Assembly (NCBI GenBank): GCA_047967505.1
Contig: CM106538.1
Reading direction: 5' to 3' (one strand)
Source of the DNA: Dipteris shenzhenensis
Lineage: Eukaryota
DNA: 64,000 nucleotides
This document shows, piece by piece, positions 1 through 12,595 of the stretch. Position numbers and translations under genes: made by a program. The notes under the pieces are model-generated. The model was not told the origin of the DNA. It saw only the letters and a program-made list of their open reading frames with translations, and made no database searches. Each line of letters starts with the position of its first letter. Within the stretch, counting starts at the first letter, position 1.

Positions 1-960
1 TAGAGACAGTGGTAGCCTCCCTGTATCTCATAAAAGGCTGGGCAAATACATAGAAAATGCTCCTCTGTCTCAACCGCCCCTAGCGTACATAGCATGCAAA
101 TCCTCTGCTCTCTGGATATACCTGCAGCTCTCCTTGCCTCAATCCTCAACTGATGGGACGAAACTTGCATCTATCCAATTGCAATCCTCAATGCATGTGA
201 GACCACTCGATCCTCGAGGTTCTGGGCTCCTCTGACACTCTCAAGAAGTGGTCACGATAGAACTAGATCTTGGTGGGAAACTCCTTGTCCCCTTCCCAAG
301 TCCGACATGTGTGGAGCTAGAGGAGAACCGTATGATACCGTTGATCTCATCTCATGGGATCAATTCAAGAGGCACGTCCATGCTATGCTGAAAGGGAGGA
401 ACTCTATCCATCTAGATACCATGCCTGGCAAACGAGGTGGATATACGTGCATACCATGTGTTTGCCCCGCCCTCTACTAGTCGTTTGAATGACTCTAGGG
501 CCAGCCTCGGAAGTCTCCAATGAGGTAAGTCCCAAACTCTGTGGATGAAAGTCACTATCTAAGGCGTCGACCTGGAGAGGTGTCATGGCGAACTCTGCCT
601 GTACTATCTCATGTTGGACTAAGGGCTTACACCGAATCATCCTGGATCCCATGATCACCTATAGCTGCTCAAATTTCCTCCACTCTGACTTCGTGAGATC
701 GCATCCCCAAAAGGGTGCTGCATACATGGCAGTCGGCCGCACTAGCGTATCGAAAAGCCAGCCCTGCATCAATGGATCCTAGAAGTGTGCCTGAAAGCAT
801 TGTCGCTCTAGTCAAGCCAAAGCACTCCGTCTCAATCCGATAGACCACCTAGGGCACGAACCATGCCTCTGACTGACTCATATAGGCTCATCACCCCCCA
901 GATTAGCATCTCTAGAATCTACATCTCCCGTAGTCTCTTGATCATGCGGGAACGTGGAAG
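1..960 (-). mobile_element. Decayed non-LTR retrotransposon (RTEX-like LINE), 3' part of ORF2; same family as the LINE at 9838-13892
   Basis: Minus-strand translation gives QVSSHQLRIEARRAAGISREQRICMLC..VETEEHFLCICPAFYEIQGGYHCL, SRMIRCKPLVQHEIVQAEF and ERQCFQAHF..WLFDTLVRPTAMY, all matching the LINE at 10.6-13.4 kb. Contains stops and frameshifts; left end is off-window. Confidence 0.8.
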
Positions 961-1375
961 TGTGTGAAAGGTCTTTCGAGGTTGTAGAAGGATGACTATC
1001 TCCCAAGCCACCCAAGCTTTGGTATCTTGTCTATGATCCAAACTATCCAAAAAAGAAAACCAATCATTGAGGTATCCCTTGTGGGAACACTAGCAACAAG
1101 CAATTTGTTAGTCTTAGATTCTTGACTCATATAGATCCTCGTTATATTTCATTCCTTCTTGTAAAATAATCCAACAACAATAACAAAACATTTAACTACT
1201 GCAAGTCCCTTCAAACTAGACTACAAATATGTCTAGAGGTAAAATTCTAAATTTCCAATTACATTCGATCCCTATGGTATTGGACAAGAAAATTGAGTAA
1301 GAAATCATGGTTGTAAACCATAAAATGAAAAGTTATATGTCGACTTAAAGACCAAGCTTGGCAAACAGAATTTAC

Positions 1376-1405
1376 CTTGATGATAGGATGATGTGGCTCT
1401 CTTAC
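1376..1405 (-). CDS. NDUFS4: NDUFS4 exon 4 (30-nt microexon, VREPHHPIIK)
   Basis: Bounded by ttcacAG and GTaaat, phase 0 and in frame with exon 3. The peptide resembles the plant NDUFS4 segment that follows GWDYT (VKKP.TPLLK-like). The final exon (..Y.DNFKWKG-like) was not found in the window. Confidence 0.75.
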
Positions 1406-1919
1406 CTGTGAAGCAAAGACCACACAAAACAACACCATGTTATGCAATAAACAAGAGGAATTCTTCCAAGCACTACATTCAAAATTGAAGAGAACGAGAA
1501 TGACATTGTTGCCTTCCCCACGATTGGAAACAAGTAAAACACAAAACATGCCTCAAAAAAGAAGTGCAACCTTCAAACACAAATCCAAGTTTCTTACAAT
1601 AAGTATTTAGAAGTACCTTGTATCACGCATATTTTATGTTTTAATATCTATATTATATATATAGTACTTTGTATATATTTGACCTACCATAATTGCTAAA
1701 ATTTGCTAAGATTGCTTAAGCCTCAAAAAAAAAAAGCAATTATGAAGGACATTACAATGCAATGTTCACCTAGACTACTCTATCCTACAATAAGCCTTTA
1801 CAATTTCTTACTTCTACATTATGAGGTCAGTTACCTCAGCTAGCTGAGATATCAGATATGATATAGATGTGATATGATATGTCATATCAGGATTTCTCAC
1901 TTCTACATTACGAGGTCAA

Positions 1920-2485
1920 TGTCACGGGCATTCACACACCCGTGGCCATGCTAGCTAGTGCTAGTGCAAGCAGCCAGGTCAACGGCAACGCAAGCGTTCA
2001 TACAGCCATTTAGGCAGCCCTGTGCAATGGGCATGCATAGCATTAGCACCCATACTTTATAAATTCCAAGTGTGTACATTTAGTGAAGCTGCATGTGATT
2101 CATCTCCCTCACACCTTGAATGTGGAATTGGCTAATGAGACCTTCACTACCAGCCAGAGGATTTGCAGGAATGCGGTGATCAACCTTTCCTGCTAACACA
2201 AGGGAACAAAGATAAACCAAGGTACATATAAGAAAACAAATGAAACACCAAAGTAAGCCCAGTGCTTACTAAGCTTTTAAATCGCAACCAAACAACAAAA
2301 AGAAGAAACAAAGCAAGAAATCAGAAGAAGAAGAAATGTGAAGAGAGAAAAGAAAGAAAGAAAGATATATAACGTCTGCAGAAGTCCTCACCGGACTATG
2401 AGACAAAGTACACATCCAAAAAAGAGAAGCCCTTACATCTCTAAGCGGAGAGTCAAGGAGTGCACAAGGCATCTCAGCTCGAACA
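1920..2485 (-). repeat. Probable 3' LTR of Gypsy element 1
   Basis: On the minus strand a purine tract AGAGAGGGGA directly precedes TGTTCGAG (2485), and the segment ends ...CCCGTGACA (1920). No partner LTR is present to confirm it. Confidence 0.5.
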
Positions 2486-3632
2486 TCCCCTCTCTGTAGA
2501 AGGCAATCCTGTGATGAAATCAATTGCTATGTGCGTCCATTTGTCCTCTGGAATGGGTAATGGCTGCAAGAGGCCTACGGGTAGCTTGCTGTCCACTTAA
2601 TTTTGTTGGCAAGGCAAGCATTCAGCCACGTATTTAACCACATCTCTCCACATGCCTTCCCAGGTAAAGCTCTGCTTGATTCTTTCATATGTTTTAGTGA
2701 TACCTGAATGTCTAGCCATGAGAGAGGAGTGAATTTCTTGCAAAACCAGCTGGCGGCATTTTGAGTCTGGCACTAAATAAATCCTTTCTTGGCACCACAA
2801 CAGCCCATTATGCAATTTGAAATCCGAATGACCCTGACTTGAAGGCTTCTGCAAATCTGAAAATATGAGAGCTGCTTTAAAATTCTGCATATACTCTTCC
2901 TAAATGCCATGAATCCACTCCTGATATATGGTAGAGATAGCAGACAAATTGCAAGCCCACATCCTAGACAAGGCATCTGCAACCACATTTTCCTTCCCTT
3001 TTCTGTACTCAATGTCAAAATCATAGGATTGGACTGCAGCCAACCACCTTGTCTGCTGCTTATATGAAAAATTTGGCTGGGTGAGGAAGAATCTGAGTGT
3101 CCTACGATCTATTTTCACCTTCATTTTACTTCCGTACACATAGTGGTGCCATTTCTTGAAAGCATGCAAGATAGCCAGCATCTCTTGATCATAAACATGG
3201 AGATTGAGTTCTTTGCCATCAAACTTCCTGCTTTCAAAGGCTATTACCTCGTGTCCCTGCCTCAAAACAGCCCCCAATCCTTTGCCATTGGCATCTGCCT
3301 CCACAACGAAAGGACACAAAAGATCAGGGCATACCAAGACAGGTGCATGAGTGAGAGCGAATTTCAGGTCTTCAAAGCTGCATTGTGCTTTCCTTGACCA
3401 CCCAAAAGCATCCTTCTTCAAGAGGTCAGTAAGAGGAGTTGCCCTCTTGGCAAATTTGCGAATAAAGCGCCCACAAAAGGAAGCAAGACCTAAAAATCCT
3501 CTCAACTGGGTGGGATTTTGTGGCTGTGGCCAATCTTTGATGCATTTCACCTTTGTAGGATCCACCTGAATGCCACGTCTACTCACAATATGCCCCAGGT
3601 ACTCAACCTCCTTTGCCATAAAAGTGCATTTG

Positions 3633-3864
3633 CTGGCTTTTGCATAAAGCTAATGCATCCTCAAAATTTCCAGCACTTGCTTCACATGCTTAATGTGCTC
3701 TTGTCTATCCTTGCTGTAAATGAGAATATCATCAAAGAAAACCAACACCTGGCTTTTGCATAAAGCTAATGCATCCTCAAAATTTCCAGCACTTGCTTCA
3801 CATGCTTAATGTGCTCTTGTCTATCCTTGCTGTAAATGAGAATATCATCAAAGAAAACCAACAC
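3633..3864. repeat. 116-bp tandem duplication inside RT
   Basis: 3633-3748 is repeated at 3749-3864 and includes the FFDD catalytic motif; it frameshifts pol. Confidence 0.95.
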
Positions 3865-6800
3865 GCATTTGAGAAGTGGCTGTAATATCTTGTTCATCAA
3901 TGCCTGGAAGGTGGCCAGTGCATTAGTCAATCCAAAAGGCATCACCTTGAATTCATACAAGCCTTGTTCTCTGCGGAAGGCCGTCTTGTGCTCATCTCCT
4001 TCTTTCACCCTGATTTGATGGCAACCAAACCTCAAATCTATCTTCGTGAAAAACTGAGCACCCTTGAGTTCATCCAACAGGTCATCTCTCCTAGGGATTG
4101 GAAACCTGTTCTTGATAGTGGCCTTATTTAGATCCCTATAATCAATGCACATGCAGTATGATCCATCCTTCTTCTTCACCAGAAGCACTGGTGAGGCAAA
4201 AGGAGAAGTGCTATGAGAGATGAAGTTCTTCTCAAGAAATTCCCACACCTGTATTGCCACTTCCTCCCGCTCAACCTTAGAAAGACGGTATGGGGCTTTG
4301 TTTATGGGCTTACTGCCAGGCTCTAGAACAATGGCATGATCCACATCCCTCTTGGGAGGCAATTCGGATGGCATATCAGCAAATACATCAGCAAACTCCA
4401 ATAGCAATTGCTGCATATCATAATCCTCAACACGGGGAATGCTACCCCCCTGAGATACTAACACATTCAATTCGTAGAGGGCATGTTCCTTCCTGAGCTC
4501 TCTGGCTAACTGCCTTGCTGAAATGACCTGCAATTTAGGAGTGGCATTGCCATGCATCTTGGCAACAAAATTTACTGACCAAATGCTGTCCATTTGCCAC
4601 CTCTACTCTCAGCCCATGATCGATCTCAGTAGCAATCAGTCCCACCTTCTATAAGGTCTTAGAATTGATGAAACTATGAGTGCTACCGCTGTCCACAAGA
4701 ATGTGAACAGTCCTGCCATTAATTTGTTCTTTCAATCTGATAGTTTCAGCACTTTTGGCACCCATCAAGGCATGAGAAGAGATAGCATAAATGGCTTGCT
4801 GCGGCGCATCCCAATAGATCTCCTCTTCGTCCACAGGAGCATTGCCATTTGCATCCTCTCACGAAAGAAAAGGCATAGTAACTTGATGCTCCACATGAAA
4901 GACTTTAGGCCAACGGCCTCGCATGTTACATATGGGCTGAGTGTCATCAGAATGTATACCATGCATATTATGTTCATTAGCACCACCGGGGTCAAAGGGA
5001 AAATTACCCCCCTTCGTGGCTCCAACATCTGGAGCTTCTTCCACGATTTGTGCACCATTTGAATCAGTGGCATCCAAAGTCTCAGAAGCATCCATCAAAT
5101 CCTCATCATCCGATATCTCAATAATCATGTTGAGTTTTGCAGTACCATTGTTACGCATTTTGCAAACTTCCCGATGCTCAGGAGTCCACTTCTCACCACA
5201 CTTAAAGCATAAGTTTGCCCTCTTTCTGCTGTCCATAATAGCCATGGTGTGTTGTTTAAATTCTGAATTTTCAAGTCCAACATTTGGTTTAGCATCAAAT
5301 GACCTGTATGGCTTAGCATATGGCATCTTGCTGCCTATAACTATGGGAAACCTTGGAAATGGCGTTGCTGCTGATTTTCTTTCATTCCAATCACACCTGA
5401 GGCTTCTTCTCAGCCTCATTTGCATTCCCATGTGCGCTGCCCGCTGTCATCTCATATTTGCTGGCATACTTGGGCTCAAATACCTCTGCCAATTGGGCTG
5501 CACGCTCAATTGTTTGAGGGGTATGGGCCTTCACATCTGCAGCCGCCAGTGAGAGAAGGACTTAACCCATGGATGAAACGTAGCAGCTTTCCCTTTTCAG
5601 ATACGTCCTGCACAAACAGGGAAAGCCTCCAAAAGCGCTGCAAGTACTCTTGGACCATACTGGTCTACGACAAGGCATAGAATTCAGCCAAGTACTGATC
5701 CGAGACGAGTGGGGATACGAATGTAGTGACCATCAAATCTTTGAAACGCCTCCAAGTGGTTGGTCTCTGAGGCGAATCCCTCATATATCGCCACCATGTG
5801 TGGGCATAGTCCTGCATATGCATACCTACAAAAATGATGCACTCCTCCTTAGACTTGGAGTAGAAGCGGAAATAGTCTTCCAGCTTTGTGAGCCACTCCT
5901 CCAACAAATTGGGAGTCCGAGTGTCCCCTTTAAACTTATGCACTGTGAGTTTGTCTGCAATCTGCCCTTTTCTTTTTCTTTGCACTGCGAACATCTCCCT
6001 TTAATTACTTCGCTGGAAAACATCACATAATAGCAGACACTCCCTCTTGATCACTCTCTTTCTCTCTCTCTCTCTCACTCTACACAGTACTAGGACCCAA
6101 GACAACCGTTGGGCTGGACCCCCTCGAAGGATTTTATTTCTTGAGAGAAAAAGGAATACAAGAGTTCAGTGTAGACCTGCTGTTACAAATTCAAAGCGTG
6201 AATCCTTTTTTACAAAGAGCTCAGGGCTCAATACTTTGGCAACATGCCAAGTGTCAAAATAACTAACTAAAATTTAGTACATGCCACAAAGGGCAATCTC
6301 TAAGATCTTCAATGTTCCTTGGTCACACGAACATCTTCTCGTCACTTGCTAAGCTCCTTAGCACTTGGGAAATCAACCTTTCTTAGTACCTGCAACAAGC
6401 GCACCACCATGGCACCCATTAATTGTTAGCGCTTTTGCATGCAAATAATAGACGGTGGACTAATTCTAGTCACGGTGGGCGTCCCCACTGAACACATGCG
6501 TACAACATAAAACATTTCTCTAGTTGACCGAGATCAACCTTCTTGATCATGATTAAGGGGCTTTAACCAAGGGTTGAGGCGCCTTAACTATAATCAAATC
6601 TCTCCAATCGATGTTGGCACAACTCTACAACCAAAGTTGGCACATCTTGGTTAACCGCAGTTAACCCTCTTGGTATAAATTAAGTCTTCCTAATCGAAGT
6701 CAAGTTTACTTGACCGAAGTCAAGTATCTTTGACCGTAGTCGTTTCTTTGACCAATAGAAAAACTCTTTTTACCATAATCAACCTAGATGAAAAACTCTT

Positions 6801-8756
6801 TAATTATGATCAAATAAATGGTCAACAAATAAATGGTCAATTGTACTTTAACTTAGGATATTTACATTGTGGTGACATCCCTTCGCCTTCAAATCAATTG
6901 ACCTCCACTGAAAAGCTTCTTTGTAAACATCCAAAAGCTGTGGATGATCAGTCAACATGTCCTCATCCATCCACTTTACATCCAATGTCGAATAATTCTT
7001 GAATTTTACAAGATACCTATAAAATTCCTTGCCCACAGGGCCTTTGCGTACAGTATGGTACACAATCTACTCTCGCTGAAGGACCTCCTCCAGCTCATCT
7101 ACTTCTGGTGGATCCTCTGATATTGCTTCTGTAGGCTCTGGCCCCTAGAATTTCTTTAGAAGACTCACATGGAAAGCATTGTGAATCCTCCAAAGCTCTA
7201 GCAATGCCAACCTGTATGCAACCTCATTTATTTCTTATGTAACCCTGAAAGGGCCATAGTACCTTGGAGATAACTTTGCATACACTTTCTATTTGCCTTT
7301 AAACTTGCGGAGCCTAGCTTTCTCTAACTTTTTCAATTGCTGTCCGGACTGGCTGAAAGCTGTTTGGAGCTCTCTCACAAACCGATCAGTTGCAAATATT
7401 TCATCTTTGGTCCTTCGGATAGGTGGCAAAATCACCTTCCCATAGATGCCCTCAAAGGGGGCTTTCCCTGTAGACCTGTGAATTGTATTATTGTAAGCGA
7501 ACTCTACCAATGGTAGGTACTTTTCCCAATCTGAACCTTGGTCACCCACGTAGCATTACTGCCAGAATTTTTGAATTGAGACCTACCCTGTACTTTCTCA
7601 GTTGGGATCTTTTGGAGATCTTTTTGAAAGGTGCAACCTGCAAATAAGCATCCCAAAACTTTTGATTGTACACCTCCACTACATCTCCTGCATCCATATG
7701 TAAACTGTCTCAGCCTTGAAGGACATGATCTTTGAACTGTTTAGGCATTCTTCCACCTGACCCATCTGTGGTCTGTGCACTCCACCATGCACTAGCTGTC
7801 CCTGTCAAGTGCAAGCTAACCATTCTCAACTTGGAAAATTCCGAAAAGTTTTCTATACCAAATGCAACGTCAAACTGCCTAATGAACTGCAGTGCCTTCT
7901 CTATATGACCATACTGTCCATTATAGGTAATAAACCTGACAAATTTACCTCCATCTTTGAATTCCTTGGTCCTGGAAGACTTGCTCTTCCTAGACTTCTT
8001 GTGTTTCCTTCTTTTCCTAGATGGTTTATCTGATGAAGAAGAAGATACAGAAGTTGAGCTTGAAGTAGACGGTGAAGGGCTTGGAGATCGGTGATGATGC
8101 CTCGATCTCTTCCTACTATGAGACCGTCCCCTATGAGATCCCTCTCTCTCGGGCTGTGCACGAGAGTGTGCCTCTGGCATTGGCACATAATAAGCTGCAT
8201 TAGGCATAGGTTTTGCTTGAAACAGATGCTGAGCTCTTGAATCCCTTCTGAGTTTTTCCATCTCCTGCATACGAATGCGTACCATCTGCTCAAATTCTTG
8301 CTGAGTTTTCTGTGCACTTCTTTGTCTTGGATGTGCATCCCTATTTTGTGAATCCCACTAGATAGGTGATTGAGCCATTTTCCTACAACTTGTCTGAGAT
8401 CTACAAGCTCTCACACACACTATGTATGCAACTGATGCACGCAACCTTTGCTCTTCAAAGAGAAAATACCTCAACAAGAGGTGTCTTGCATTCACAACTT
8501 GTGCCAGCGCCAGGCTGTCAACTCAAGGCATGAACTCAAAGCTGTGTGGCCCTTTTCTGGCTACTGCAAATGACATTCAAAATACATCTGTTTTTTCCCT
8601 TTTTCACTGCTCAAAGGCATGCATATTCATTTTCTGCAAATCTCTGATTTCACTGTGTTTCTGCTGCTTTTCTGACAGTAAAAGTCTGAAAGGTAGGTGG
8701 AAAACTGATGGCAGAAACTGTCTCTCCAACTGTCCTTTTTTTTTTTTGGGACAGTA

Positions 8757-9120
8757 ACTAGATGAGTAACCAGCTGGTTACACTAACTAGACTGACTGGT
8801 TCTGGTTTGGTTAGTCTGCAACTAGACTAACTGGACTGGTCACAGCCTGGTTACAGTGACCAGACTAGTCTGGTTGGGTTAAGTTAACTATACCTCTAAC
8901 CAGTTCACTAACCAAGGTTAAGTTAGCTTAATCCATGGTCTGCCACATCAGCAAATTTGTCCACCTCAACTGTCTGCCATGTCAGCATGTACAGTCTGGT
9001 CGCCATGTCAGCCACTTGTCTGCCACGTGTCAATGCCACATCAGCATCTGAGTTGGCTGCCACATGTACTGCCACATCAGCACCACACATGTGTGCCACA
9101 TGTCTATCACCCTACCACGT
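8757..9120. repeat. Low-complexity short repeats (ACTAG/CTGGT-rich, then TGCCACAT-like) in the leader of element 2
   Basis: Recurrent actagactgactggt and tgccacat/gccacgt motifs are visible. Confidence 0.6.
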
Positions 9121-9868
9121 CAGCCTAAAGTCAGAAACCTTGGGTGCATGCGACAGAATTCTCTAGAGCATCGCACATCGCGCCTTTACGTCCGACGAGA
9201 AAAAAAAAACTTCCATCAGTGCTCAACGTCACCAGCCCAACTAATGTCTGTCATGAATCTTCTGTCCAGCATCGCCTACCAGAAAGCAACGGTCTCGTCG
9301 GTATCTCCGTCAAGCAACAGACCTGCACCATGTGTGCCCGCATGAAAGTGTCGCCAATCGTTGTGCAAATGGATGACAGGACCGCCCACACGATCCAGAA
9401 AAAGGATGCCCCGTTTGCTCTCACACTGCTTGAGAACCCCCCGTCTATCGCACGGTTCAGTCGAGCTATCCTCCAGTGCTCCGTCCATGTCACCGGGCCC
9501 TGAGCATCGCTCAACAGTTCGCCATCACACCTCCTCTCGCCCATTGCACGAGAAAGCCTTCCTATGCCCAGCCAATCTTACAAGTCCTATGCTACGCTAC
9601 AATATGAGCAGTTCATCTCCTTCCCATCCACCCATCCACCTAGAACCGACGATCATAAAACTCTTCTGCAACATTTTCTCTTGCTCAGATCGTCTCTGCC
9701 TAGGAAGACAGAGAGCCTACACTATGATACCAATGCAATCTGCAATCTGCCCTTTTCTTTTTCTTTGCACTACGAACAGCTCCCTTAAATTACTTCGCTG
9801 GAAAACATCACGTAATAGCAGACACTCCCTCTTGATCCCCCCTCCTGTCTTTCCACCTGCTTCTACTC

Positions 9869-10050
9869 TCGCTACCCCCCCGCTACCCCTGCTACCCCCT
9901 CCGCTACCCCTCGGCTACCCCCTCCGCTACCTCCCCGCTACCCCCCTGCTACCCCTCCACTATCCCCTGCTACCCCTCTGCTACCCCCGCTACCCCCCCG
10001 CTGCTACCCCTCTGTACCCCCTCGCTACCCTATGCTACCCCCTCTGCTAT
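9869..10050. repeat. (GCTACCCCC)n-type tandem array at the LINE 5' end
   Basis: Many imperfect gctacccc(c) units are directly visible. Confidence 0.9.
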
Positions 10051-11530
10051 GCCTCGCTCAGCCCCCCCCCCTTTTTTTTTTTAAAAAAAACCCCCGCTCG
10101 CAGCTCTAACTTTTTTTCCTTCTTCTTCTTCAACAGCTCCGACCTCCTACAATCCCTTCTTTGCCCGCTGCTGCCTCCCCCATAATGAAGGGAACAGGGG
10201 GATGAGGATAGTAAACTAGGTGGGAGACCCTTCGGTCCAAATTTGCATACGCGTGGAGATGGGGAAGGGGAACGATGACAAGGCGAAAACACAAAAGCAA
10301 CTCAGTCTGGAGGACTTCAACAAACGCAGCAACTGGAGCAGTTTGACAGTGGACGGCACCGCGGCCCAGAAGAAAGGGGCCCACCCAAAGCCCATGCCGC
10401 TCACCACATCCTCGACCTCTATGGTTACCACCACTATTTCACCACCATCATCTGCCTCATCTACACCACCTCTCTCCTCCCCCTCTCCTGCATCATCATC
10501 ACAAGTCTCCTCTCCAATAGCCTCACCACTGGCCCCCACCGGCCATGGCTTCACAGTACTTTCCCCTCATATCACCTCTACCTCTCAGTCAGCCACCCTT
10601 CATCACCTCGTCCGGCCTCGCTACAGATCTATGTAGCTGTATTGGATGCATCGGTCAGCCAGCCTGTTTGCAGAGATGAGAGGGCTCAGAGCAGAGGGTC
10701 AGGCCAGTTTCAAGCAACACCATGGAACTATGGATCACATACTCACACTCAGGAGTGTCACTGAGGAGGCCAAATCACGGAAGGAGAGGGTATATTGCTG
10801 CTTTGTGGATTTCCGCAAAGCCTTTGACACAGTAACTCGAGCTCGTCTCATCACACGCCTACAGACACTAGGATTTGATCAGGAGAGAGTCTCAAGCCGA
10901 GTTCGGACAAGCGCAGGTTGGACAGATGAGATCTTGAGTACCATAGGGGTCAAACAAGGTTGTCCCTTATCACCGACCCTGTTTGGCCTCTACATCGATG
11001 AGCTTGAGACTTTCATGGGGGCATTTGGAGGGACCGGTTGCTCACTTGCCGGGATCATCATCAGAATTCTTCTTTATGCAGATGATGTGGCACTCTTGTC
11101 GTCCACACCCGAGGGGCTCGAGCGACACCTGGATGCACTGCAAGCTTTTTGTTTATCCCATGATTTGGAGGTCACAACCTTGGCAAGACCAAGGTCATGA
11201 TCTTTAACACCCCTCGAGCAAACATGCAATGGAAGCAGTTTACTTTTACTTTCAGTGGGTCACCAGTTGAGATCGTATCCTCATACACTTGGGAGTCATC
11301 TTCTCCGGCCCGATCTTCACGATGAGACCAGCGATGCAGGCCAGACTGAGCAGGGGATACGCCTCACTCGCTCGGCTAGAGAGACAATGCTTTCACTCCC
11401 ACTTCCAGGACCCTCGGACCAACCGGACCAAGGCTTTTCTCTTCGACTCCTTGGTCCAACCAGCCAATATGTATGGCAGCCCTTGTTGGGGGCCTAACAT
11501 GTCAGAGATAGAGTGGACACAGGTGGAGCG

Positions 11531-12595
11531 TGTTAGAAATGACCCAACAGAGGGTACACACAGCGGAAGACTTATAGTAATGCCCAGGAGCTCACACAGT
11601 GTGCGGTGTGGGTGTGGAATCACAAACTTCTTTAAATGTGCAAACTCATCAATAGACAATGAACCAGCTAGATAGAGGAACCACCAAAAAATATATATTT
11701 CCGTCCAAAACTATGGACACAATACAAGAGAGAGAGATCCAGAGTCCCACCAATGGTGTGGTCCTCTGATCTTACCACAAGGTCTTTCTCCTATCTATTG
11801 GCTATCTCTAGACTCGAGCCCGCGTGCTCCACCTCGAGCGTAAGTAGACTTTCCGTCCAAAGATCTCAGCACCCTGCTGCCCTAGTAGACAACCTAGGCT
11901 CAGCCCCAAGTGAGCTAAGTCTGCAGCAACTCTGGCCCTGCTTTGCCTCCTGGATGTAGGCCCAAAGATCAGGCTTCTGCTGCTCCTGCTGCTCCTCTGT
12001 TTGCTGACTTGCTGGGTATTAAATGAGGCCTGTGGCCTCTGCTTTTATAGGCCCCTAGGGCCCCTTGAAATAACCAACCAGCCAGCCCTAAATGGGCCGA
12101 CTGGCTGGTCTGTTTGGGCCAACCAGTCTGCCCCAAAACAGCCCTTTAAGGGCTCACAAAACGAGGGCCCTTTGGCCCACACTTCTAGGGCTTTTGGCCC
12201 TCCAATCTAGGCAGGAGCCCAGCCTATATAAGGCATGCCACTGCCCACTGGCAGCCCAATTTGCTGCTCCACCAGGCCTGCTGGTTCTGCCCTCTGCCAG
12301 GCTCTTTCCAGCCACGTGTCCTGTGCCGTACTGCCCCGTACATCCTGCTGGGTCATCGCACCTTTCATGGGGATCTGTTGCAGTCCGTACGCCTGCCGCT
12401 TTGTCTTGCCAGGCCAGATCCAGGGCTACATGTCCCCCGCCATCTTTCCTGCACAAGGTTTTCTTTTCTTGTGGGGTGCTGCCCATGTGGCAGCCCCCTC
12501 TCTCTCTCTTCTTTGGGCATCCTCTGCCCTAGGTCTCCCTCCCCCACACTCTCCTCATTTGGGGGCTTACAGATGGGGAGGTGACCTTTCCAACA
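11531..12595 (-). mobile_element. Solo LTR (family A) inserted in the LINE ORF2
   Basis: Termini TGTTAGAAA...TTTCCAACA; TSD GAGCG at 11526-11530 and 12596-12600; removal restores TQVER-LQILM; reverse-complement homologue of 18432-19551. Confidence 0.95.

Noticed and set aside
961-1375. Search for the terminal NDUFS4 exon
   Set aside because: No DNFKW-like coding sequence found; it is presumed to lie beyond the left window edge.
9361-10185. 274-aa Pro/Leu-rich ORF
   Set aside because: It spans the element 2 leader, the LTR and the GCTACCCCC array; an artefact of low-complexity sequence.
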